A stretch of 64,000 nucleotides of DNA from an uncultured Bdellovibrio sp. (GTDB taxonomy: Bacteria > Bdellovibrionota > Bdellovibrionia > Bdellovibrionales > Bdellovibrionaceae): NCBI GenBank assembly GCA_963932905.1, contig CAWVRN010000007.1, forward strand, positions 32,001 to 96,000. Reading direction: 5' to 3'. Positions 56,757 through 64,000 of the stretch are shown here, piece after piece. Position numbers and translations under genes: made by a program. Every line of letters begins with the position of its first letter. The stretch's first letter is position 1. Below the pieces are notes generated by a model. The model saw nothing but the letters and a program-made list of their open reading frames with translations, made no database searches and was not told where the DNA came from.

Positions 56757-58046
56757 ATGGATTTGTTTAATCACTCAAATGATAGCCAATTGGGCGTCCC
56801 ACTTTCCGAGACTTTAAGACCCAAGTCTTTAGCTGATTTTATGAAGACAGCGGGCACGACGTTGACTCGCCTACCAATCCAAACTTGGTTGCAAAAAGAT
56901 TTCCTGCCGAACCTGATTTTATGGGGACCTCCGGGTACGGGAAAAACCACATTTGTTCGTCTGCTAGAAAAAGAAACCAAATACACATTCCTACTGAAAA
57001 ATGCCACCGATCTATCGACCAAAGAAATGAAAGCTATCGGCGATGAAGCGTTGGAAAGAAAACGCCTTTATCAAAAAAAGACCGTTCTTTTCATCGACGA
57101 AATTCACAGACTCAACAAGGGCCAACAAGATACACTCTTGCCTCACACAGAAGCCGGTCATTTTATTTTGATTGGAGCAACAACTGAAAATCCAAACTAT
57201 GAATTAAACCGTGCCTTGCTTAGCCGTTCACGTATCATTACATTTACAAAGCCAGAAAAAGATGTGTTAAAATCATTGTATTTCAAAGCCTGCAGCCAGC
57301 TTAAGGCCGACGGCGATCACTTTCTAAATGAAACGGCTCTTCAATTTGTCATTGATATTTCTGATGGTGACGTTCGACGCTTTTATAACTTGATCGAGAC
57401 CTTGTTTTACTCGAATGTGACAGAAAAAACTCCGATGAGCGATCTTGAAATATTGCTAGAAAAAAAATATATCGCTTACGATAAAAAAGGCTCTGAACAC
57501 TACGACACTATATCTGCTTTTATTAAATCGATTCGGGGTAGCGATACCAACGCGGCATTATTATATATGGTGAAAATGTTGGATGCCGGCGAAGATCCCG
57601 TTTTCATTGCGCGCCGACTGGTGATTTTAGCGTCAGAAGACATCGGCAACGCGGAACCTCGCGCACTAACAATCGCCATTAATGGATTACAAGCTGTGGA
57701 ATTAGTTGGGATGCCTGAAGCCGAAATCGTCCTGGCCCAAGTCGTTACGTTTTTAGGAAGCTGCCCGAAAAGCAATCGATCTTACAATGCATTGCACGCG
57801 GCTCGTGCTTTTTTTCAAAAGCATTCTGATTTTGAAGTTCCCGATCATTTACGTTCGGGTAATATCCCTGATGTAACTAAAAATTATAAATACCCACACG
57901 ATTATCCAAAATCTTGGGTAGCGCAAGACTACTTACCGGCGGATTTAAATTTAACTGAAGATTTTTATCAGCCAAATGACTTTGGCCAAGAGAAAAACTT
58001 ACGTGATTTCATCACTTGGTTAAAAGGTAGTGCTGGCTCTCGTTAA
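56757..58046 (+). CDS. rarA: Replication-associated recombination protein A
   Basis: ILWGPPGTGKTT, FIDEIHR, GATTENP, HYDTISAFIKSIRGSD and YKYPHD. Confidence 0.96.
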   Translation: MDLFNHSNDSQLGVPLSETLRPKSLADFMKTAGTTLTRLPIQTWLQKDFLPNLILWGPPGTGKTTFVRLLEKETKYTFLLKNATDLSTKEMKAIGDEALERKRLYQKKTVLFIDEIHRLNKGQQDTLLPHTEAGHFILIGATTENPNYELNRALLSRSRIITFTKPEKDVLKSLYFKACSQLKADGDHFLNETALQFVIDISDGDVRRFYNLIETLFYSNVTEKTPMSDLEILLEKKYIAYDKKGSEHYDTISAFIKSIRGSDTNAALLYMVKMLDAGEDPVFIARRLVILASEDIGNAEPRALTIAINGLQAVELVGMPEAEIVLAQVVTFLGSCPKSNRSYNALHAARAFFQKHSDFEVPDHLRSGNIPDVTKNYKYPHDYPKSWVAQDYLPADLNLTEDFYQPNDFGQEKNLRDFITWLKGSAGSR

Positions 58047-58508
58047 CACATTCGATTTTGTGTCGGGCGAGCAATGAGTAGAATCAAAAACTAAACTAAC
58101 AATCGATTTTTCCGATGGCATGTCGTACAAACGAAAATAATACTTTGAATTGTACTGAGTAATATTTAAATAGTTTTTAAATAACTGCGGAAAGATCTGA
58201 CTTTTCGCAAAATCGATTTTCCACACATTTACATTTTTATTGTAGGTGTTGTAAATCGTCTCGAACTTCTTGGACTGAGTCGTATTAAAGATCAATTGAA
58301 TTTTAGCGTTCTTTTCACTTTGCAAACTATTCAGATCGATTGAGAACGTGATATTTTTAATTTTTTGATGCTTTTTCAGACGCTCGTTTAAAAGAGCATT
58401 ATCTTTGAATTCGCCATACGCCGATTCCACAGGTATAGAACACGTCGATTTAGCCATCACCGACGACCCTAACACGAAGATAATTAAAGTTAATACCCAT
58501 TGTTTCAT
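58020..58508 (-). CDS. Secreted hypothetical protein
   Basis: Start re-called at MKQWVL; signal peptide ending VMA. Confidence 0.65.
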   Translation of the reverse strand: MKQWVLTLIIFVLGSSVMAKSTCSIPVESAYGEFKDNALLNERLKKHQKIKNITFSIDLNSLQSEKNAKIQLIFNTTQSKKFETIYNTYNKNVNVWKIDFAKSQIFPQLFKNYLNITQYNSKYYFRLYDMPSEKSIVSLVFDSTHCSPDTKSNVLTRASTTF

Positions 58509-58520
58509 ACTAGTCATCAC

Positions 58521-58536
58521 AGCACCTAGTATGCCA
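58521..58536 (-). promoter_or_regulatory. Putative sigma54 promoter for 58020..58508
   Basis: Minus strand TGGCATACTAGGTGCT = GG-N10-GC. Confidence 0.55.
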
Positions 58537-58616
58537 ATCGGCCTGCATTTAACGGGACTTAACGTCGAGTCTGACCAATTGTTACGATTTTTGTTACGAC
58601 CTGAATTCCTTGCCGA

Positions 58617-58633
58617 CGTCTCGTTTTGAGACA
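58617..58633. promoter_or_regulatory. TGTCTCA-N3-TGAGACA-type palindrome
   Basis: cGTCTCGtttTGAGACA, about 80 bp upstream of the -24 box. Confidence 0.55.
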
Positions 58634-58671
58634 TCGCAGCTAACAGTTAGCTTTGTCACCCGTTTTGAATA

Positions 58672-58697
58672 ACTCAGCCACCTTGCTGTGGCCGAGT
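58672..58697 (-). terminator. Hairpin downstream of 58712..59641
   Basis: ACTCAGCCAC...GTGGCCGAGT stem. Confidence 0.45.
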
Positions 58698-58711
58698 CGA
58701 TAAACAAAATA

Positions 58712-59641
58712 TTAATTCTGTGCCGCTTGTTCGATACGACCGTCACCAATTACGTTAAATAGCAGTGATTTCTGCTGCATCTTGGCCGCATTGCCGACGC
58801 CCCAGTATACGAAAACCTGCATCGCTGCTAACGGATTTGTTTTCTTTCCGATGTTGAACACGCTTGGAATCTGAACTTCTGATGCGAAGTCAACACCCCA
58901 ACCCACTGTTAGATCTACTGGCGTCACTGATACATTTGCTAGATATTGACCGACGCCATTGAAACTGCCGCCGTAAACGAAACTAATTCTAAATGTAAAT
59001 TTAGCGACCTTCTGTCCAATTTTACTTTTTTGTTCGACTGTGAAAACTTTAGATTTTGGGATCTTCCATTCTTCTAAATCGGTCCAGCAGGTTACGCCTT
59101 TGGGTAATCCGTGTGCCTTATAAGTACTTACACGCATGGTCGGTCGGCCTTGTTGCACTATCGACCAAATCATATTCCCTATATTAATGATTTGATCCAC
59201 GATGATTCCAGAATTACCTGGGAACAATCCGCCACTGCCGGTACCAATCCCTCCAACACTTCCGATACTGCCAACTCCCCCAAATCCGCCAGTACTAGTG
59301 CTATTTCCGGGCGCTACGATCACCGTTCCCCCATTACCACTGTCCGTAGTCCCGCTGCCAATGACAGCAGGAAGGCCAGTGCTACCTCCGGCATCACCAG
59401 TGACGGCACCACTGCCGGTATCTCCCGCCTGTGCGCTGCCATCGCTGCACCCTTGCGTTTGATCGAAATAGTTATTCTCCTCTGGATACTGATCAGTGAC
59501 GTCTAGAACTTCGAACGCCCCTAACTCTAGTGGGCGAACCTTTGGTTCGACAAATGGCTGTGGACTTTTAGCTGTCGCTGCCCACGTTGTTGATGTTGAA
59601 AGAACGAATACAACCCCTAATAAAACATTTTTCAATTTCAT
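58712..59641 (-). CDS. Secreted protein with Gly/Ser/Thr-rich linker and C-terminal beta-rich domain
   Basis: Start re-called at MKLKNV (GGAGG SD); signal peptide; amphipathic helix IVDQIINIGNMIWSIV, then beta strands. Confidence 0.75.
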   Translation of the reverse strand: MKLKNVLLGVVFVLSTSTTWAATAKSPQPFVEPKVRPLELGAFEVLDVTDQYPEENNYFDQTQGCSDGSAQAGDTGSGAVTGDAGGSTGLPAVIGSGTTDSGNGGTVIVAPGNSTSTGGFGGVGSIGSVGGIGTGSGGLFPGNSGIIVDQIINIGNMIWSIVQQGRPTMRVSTYKAHGLPKGVTCWTDLEEWKIPKSKVFTVEQKSKIGQKVAKFTFRISFVYGGSFNGVGQYLANVSVTPVDLTVGWGVDFASEVQIPSVFNIGKKTNPLAAMQVFVYWGVGNAAKMQQKSLLFNVIGDGRIEQAAQN

Positions 59642-59766
59642 AACCCCTCCATGAAATTGAATAACGTTGTAGAGAACGACCATCCTAATGGTCAAACAAT
59701 GATTTTCTATTTTTTATTTTGACTAGCACAGCTGAAATAAAAAATGTTTTCTAGTATAACGAATTT

Positions 59767-60975
59767 TTATTTACGAACCAAACAAGCAGCGTAGAAACCA
59801 TCGAACGATGTTTTATCTGGACGGACATGAAACTCGTTGTCCAGGCTCCACTCCGGGTGCGATGCCAAGAATGATTTCACTTGAAGTTCATTCTCTTCCG
59901 GAAACAAACTGCACGTAGCGTAAACAAGCTTGCCATCTTTTTTCATCATCACAGAATAGCTATCCAAAATTTCTTTTTGGGTTTGTATTAGATTTTGTAA
60001 GTCACTTTTTTTAAGTTTCCATTTAGCATCAGGATTACGTCGGATTACGCCCGCGCCCGTACATGGAACATCCAACAGAACGCGATCAAATGAATTTTCA
60101 AAACGCTTAATTACTTTTTGCGAATCAATAACTTTTTGTTCAATGATATCGACACCATTACGGGTCGCTCGACCACGCAGTTCTTTTAAACGGCGATCGT
60201 TAATATCAAGACTGATAATCTTACCTTTGTTCTTCATCAACGAGGCCAGATGCAGACTCTTTCCACCCGCGCCCGCGCACGCATCCACCACGCGCATACC
60301 CGGTCTGACATCCATTAATAAAGAAATCATTTGTGATCCACCGTCTTGCACCTCAAAGAAACCTTTGTGAAAGGCTTGAGTTGAAAACACATTTTTCTTT
60401 TCTGTTAACCTCAATGCCGAAGGAACTTGTTTAACTGGTTCTACAGCTATACCCTCTTCAGACAGAACGCGAACAACTTGATCAACATTCGATTTAATTT
60501 CGTTCACCCGTAAAAATATCGGCGCTGTTTCATTCAACGATTTTAAAATAGCTTCAAAATCATTGGGATAAAACTCTTTAAACGTTTCCACGATCCAGTC
60601 GGGAAATGACTGATCGACAGCAAACGGAAGTTTTTTGTTCAACGCCAGAGCTTGAACTGCCGACGACGGTGCCCATTCGGGAGTCGTGCCAGTTTTTTCT
60701 TTGAAATACGCTAGCCACAGACGAAAAATATTGGCGTCTGTTATTTTTTCGGGTGTCGCATAGTCGTGATCATCTAAACCCGCTAGCGACCAATAACGAC
60801 GGCGAAACCGAACACAGTCGTAAACCGCTTCGGCAAAGAAACGACGATCGCGTGATCCCCACTTTCTATTTTCTTTGAATACACGTTCGATCGCCTTGTC
60901 AGCATAGACAGTCTGAGTAAAGATCGACACCAAGGTCATTACAATTTTATCAACAAGTAATTTATGAATTTTCAA
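59767..60975 (-). CDS. RsmB/NOP-family RNA m5C methyltransferase
   Basis: FEVQDGGSQ, DACAGAGGK, DVPCTGAG and YATCS. Confidence 0.93.
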   Translation of the reverse strand: MKIHKLLVDKIVMTLVSIFTQTVYADKAIERVFKENRKWGSRDRRFFAEAVYDCVRFRRRYWSLAGLDDHDYATPEKITDANIFRLWLAYFKEKTGTTPEWAPSSAVQALALNKKLPFAVDQSFPDWIVETFKEFYPNDFEAILKSLNETAPIFLRVNEIKSNVDQVVRVLSEEGIAVEPVKQVPSALRLTEKKNVFSTQAFHKGFFEVQDGGSQMISLLMDVRPGMRVVDACAGAGGKSLHLASLMKNKGKIISLDINDRRLKELRGRATRNGVDIIEQKVIDSQKVIKRFENSFDRVLLDVPCTGAGVIRRNPDAKWKLKKSDLQNLIQTQKEILDSYSVMMKKDGKLVYATCSLFPEENELQVKSFLASHPEWSLDNEFHVRPDKTSFDGFYAACLVRK

Positions 60976-61649
60976 AATGTAAACAAAGCTCCTAGAGCTA
61001 GATAAGTGCCATTGAATTGACCGTCTGACAATAGGTGGACGTGATTTTTTATTCCGGTCTCTATAAAAAATCCAGTGCTGCCAGCAATATTGAAAAATCG
61101 TGCGCCCATGAACAACTGATAATCAAACGACAAATTGCTTTCTTGATCAATCTGCTTAAAAAATACTCCCAAACCAGCGCCCGCACCGAAATACAGCGGA
61201 AATTGTGAACCAGCTTCTGGAAACACGATCACTGGCAAGATAGTAAACTTCACTGGCTTTTGATCAACGACTTTGAACTCATTCAATTCAAAGCGCACAT
61301 CCAGATCGGTCTGTCCCCACTCATCAAAACGATAGGTAACCCCAAATCCCGATTTACCTGTGTCTTTCTGTTTTTCTTTCTGCCCCCACAACCATGTTTC
61401 GCTATTCATGTATTGGCTGGCATGAATCGCCAAATAATGATCCCCAGACGCCACACTGCTACTACTCCGAGGGGGTTTTTCTGAATCGGATTGAAAATAC
61501 TCTTGTGCCTTCTGGCGCCCAGTCTTTGGGGCTTCTGCGTCTTTGCCCGTTTGGTTTTGAGCTAGCTTTCGACCCACGCGATAGTTCTGAGACGAAAATG
61601 AAACTTCTGTCATCAGTAGGAAAGTGAAAATGAAAAGTAAAATTTTCAA
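60972..61649 (-). CDS. Small outer-membrane beta-barrel protein
   Basis: Start re-called at TTG (LKILLF) after GAGG; signal peptide; PLYFGAGAGLG; C-terminal Phe. Confidence 0.7.
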   Translation of the reverse strand: MKILLFIFTFLLMTEVSFSSQNYRVGRKLAQNQTGKDAEAPKTGRQKAQEYFQSDSEKPPRSSSSVASGDHYLAIHASQYMNSETWLWGQKEKQKDTGKSGFGVTYRFDEWGQTDLDVRFELNEFKVVDQKPVKFTILPVIVFPEAGSQFPLYFGAGAGLGVFFKQIDQESNLSFDYQLFMGARFFNIAGSTGFFIETGIKNHVHLLSDGQFNGTYLALGALFTF

Positions 61650-61935
61650 GGAAACCTCGCTTTGAATATAGGATACGAGCAAACGGGAAGAGAGGCAAAC
61701 TGAAGGGGTAATTTGAGCTCGATGAAAGGCGCGTTTGTGAATAAAAACAGCCGCTAACCAGCTAAAATACCGCGTTTTTTCCAAAATGGGCGAGTTTCTA
61801 TTCGACTCCCTTGTTTTGTAACTTTAAAATCACTTTAATCGGCTTAAAAATTTTCAATTTACGAAGACCCACCAATAACAAGAAACCTGTTTTTTAATTC
61901 GCCATCCTAAGGGATTTTTGGTATATCAAGTCTAT

Positions 61936-62454
61936 ATGAAATGCCCATATTGCGGTCACAAAGAGGACAAAGTTCTAGATACGCGCGTACAGAAGGATAG
62001 TTCTATCCGTCGTCGTCGCGAATGTTTAGAATGCCATGCTCGTTATAGCACGGTGGAAACTCTTTTGTTTAGCTACCCGATGGTCATCAAAAAAGATGGT
62101 CGTCGCGAACCATTCAGTAAAGAAAAACTACTTAAAGGTATTCAAGCCTCTTGCCAGAAACGCCCTGTCAGCTTAGCTCAAATTGAAAATACTGTTGAAA
62201 AAATCGCTTCATGGATTTTACAACGTGGTGAAAATGAAACGTCATCACGCGTTTTAGGAAAGAAAGTCATGGCTGAATTGAAACAGCTAGACGACGTAGC
62301 GTATATTCGCTTTGCCAGCGTTTATAGAACGTTTAAAGACGTACAAGAGTTCGTTGAAACGTTAGAAGATGCCGAGTTAATCGACTTTGCAGATACATCA
62401 CAAGAACAGCTTCCACTAACTGCATTTAATCCTAATATCAAAGTGACTTTATGA
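61936..62454 (+). CDS. nrdR: Transcriptional repressor NrdR
   Basis: MKCPYCG...IRRRRECLEC, ATP cone, DDVAYIRFASVY. Confidence 0.97.
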   Translation: MKCPYCGHKEDKVLDTRVQKDSSIRRRRECLECHARYSTVETLLFSYPMVIKKDGRREPFSKEKLLKGIQASCQKRPVSLAQIENTVEKIASWILQRGENETSSRVLGKKVMAELKQLDDVAYIRFASVYRTFKDVQEFVETLEDAELIDFADTSQEQLPLTAFNPNIKVTL

Positions 62455-62861
62455 ATCAAGACAGAAGAAATGCGCGCGAATTAGCTCTACAGCTATTATT
62501 TCAATCGGAATTTGCACCACAGATTTCAGTTTATTCATTTTTGCAATTGTACGATAACAAGTACGGCAACGAAACGATTGAATACGCGGAACAACTGATC
62601 AAGGGCGTGGCTGAAGCAAAAACTAAAATTGACGATAAAATTTCCTCTGTTAGCCGCAATTGGAAAGTCGATCGCATGGCACTGGTTGATCGCAACATTT
62701 TGCGGGTGGCGATCTTCGAAATGAAATTAAGCGCTGAAAAACTATCTGAAAAAATCGTGATCAATGAAGCGATCGAAATCGCTAAGAAGTATGGCAATAC
62801 CGATTCAGCTGGCTTCATTAACGGTATCCTAGATCAAGTGAGCCGAGAAGAATGGCACTGA
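62451..62861 (+). CDS. nusB: Transcription antitermination factor NusB
   Basis: RRNARELALQLLF, VDRNILR, INEAIEIAKKYG and FINGILD. Confidence 0.97.
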   Translation: MNQDRRNARELALQLLFQSEFAPQISVYSFLQLYDNKYGNETIEYAEQLIKGVAEAKTKIDDKISSVSRNWKVDRMALVDRNILRVAIFEMKLSAEKLSEKIVINEAIEIAKKYGNTDSAGFINGILDQVSREEWH

Positions 62862-63307
62862 TCGTCCTTTCTGTAAATCAGTCCTATAACCCTGGCGCTG
62901 AATTGTGGATCGTTCCGGATTTTGATCACTCAAAAATTGCAACTAAGTTAGACTGGTACAACAGTTTCCTTGCGGGGAAAATGACTCGCAAAGAAACTAA
63001 AAAAATGGATTCTTATTTAGTCGAAATCTTGGAAGAAACAGAGTTGCCTGATTTCAAATACGAAACATCTAACAAAGATGTCATTTTAATTCCTACAAAA
63101 TCTAAATTCCCTAATCGCTGGACGGCGTTTGTGCCTTACAACGACGACCTAGCCAATTGGTGTGGCAAAATTAACAAGCTATACTTAGATTTGAAAAATC
63201 CAACTTTACGGATCTTTTTGCCTACCAACCTTAGTTTGAGCGAGTTCACCGAGACTTGGCGTTCGATTAGCTCTGTAGAGGATTTGTCCATAGTTCTTGA
63301 AAACTAG
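62852..63307 (+). CDS. Hypothetical protein
   Basis: Overlaps the nusB 3' end; no recognised motif. Confidence 0.65.
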   Translation: MALIVLSVNQSYNPGAELWIVPDFDHSKIATKLDWYNSFLAGKMTRKETKKMDSYLVEILEETELPDFKYETSNKDVILIPTKSKFPNRWTAFVPYNDDLANWCGKINKLYLDLKNPTLRIFLPTNLSLSEFTETWRSISSVEDLSIVLEN

Positions 63308-63333
63308 ACGCTCCCCTTGCGACGATAGGGGAT

Positions 63334-63864
63334 ATGTCATTACTTACAAAACTATTAGATCCATTTTTTGAAACTAACAAAGAAACTCAAACCGCTTTTG
63401 ATAGTCGTTTTAATAACTTCTATGAAAAGGAATCTTTCAAGTGGTCAACGCGTCCATTTTCGTATTTACCCGATTCAGAAAACCTTAAGATTCACGCGCT
63501 TTATGCGAAACTGGCGCCCTTCTTTGAATGCACGGGTTTAGTTCACATCAATAAACAGCAAGTGCGTTTTATTAAGAAAGATGTTTTTGAACAGAAACAA
63601 GACGTTTCTAAAACTGAATTCACTTTAGATTTAACAAAAGCGCCGTGCTTTCAGTGGGTTCATTTAAAATCAGATGTACGAAAAAATACTTTATTATCGG
63701 AAGAGTACGGCATCAAGCACACCGAAAAATTCGAACTGTTAGTTTTCAAACTTCGTTCTGATTACGCATTGATAATCGCCACCGCACAGGCACAGCCTTG
63801 GTTACGCGTTAAACTGGATGCGTTCATGGAGCAAATTATTTTAGGCTATTGCGATAATGAGTAG
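63334..63864 (+). CDS. Hypothetical protein
   Basis: SD-like AGGGGA upstream; in operon context. Confidence 0.65.
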   Translation: MSLLTKLLDPFFETNKETQTAFDSRFNNFYEKESFKWSTRPFSYLPDSENLKIHALYAKLAPFFECTGLVHINKQQVRFIKKDVFEQKQDVSKTEFTLDLTKAPCFQWVHLKSDVRKNTLLSEEYGIKHTEKFELLVFKLRSDYALIIATAQAQPWLRVKLDAFMEQIILGYCDNE

Positions 63865-64000
63865 AAAACATTTAATTTCTATTATTTCTGATGGAACAGG
63901 TGAAACGGCAGCAACGATGATTCGCGCGGCACTGGTTCAATATAGCCAAAGTGACATTCAGATTATTAGAAATAAAAATGTTCGCTCAGAAAACCATATA
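63857..64000 (+). CDS. Pyruvate,phosphate/water dikinase regulatory protein (kinase/pyrophosphorylase, DUF299), 5' partial
   Basis: Not in the ORF track. Own translation MSRKHLISIISDGTGETAATMIRAALVQY contains the SDxTGETA signature and runs off the window. Confidence 0.88.
   Translation, partial: MSRKHLISIISDGTGETAATMIRAALVQYSQSDIQIIRNKNVRSENHI

Overview
A ~40% GC bacterial chromosome segment that looks like a predatory Bdellovibrionota genome. This assignment is inferred from gene content: ppdK, rny, alpha2-type glyQS, an extended L,D-transpeptidase and many lineage-specific secreted proteins. Housekeeping blocks (zapA-fau-rny-tyrS-fdx, smc-ftsY, ppdK, tolC-macA-macB, glyQS, mrp, rarA, RsmB-family methyltransferase, nrdR-nusB, start of the PPDK regulator) alternate with exported proteins of unknown function. 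Highlights: (1) an 11-kb four-gene envelope operon encoding a metzincin lipoprotein, two paralogous ~1100-aa helical lipoproteins and an outer-membrane beta-barrel; (2) a 17-bp palindrome TGTCTCA-N3-TGAGACA at 8 intergenic sites, often with sigma54-type promoters, ahead of secreted unknowns; (3) two related ~120-bp palindromic elements with strand-skewed flanks, one in the usual 6S RNA slot; (4) a tandem 258-bp MITE/REPIN-like element; (5) candidate effectors: a secreted NADAR, a giant protein-glutaminase and a FeeM-like GNAT-PilZ fusion. No rRNA, tRNA, CRISPR array or transposase was seen. All calls are by-eye motif recognition; no database searches were run.
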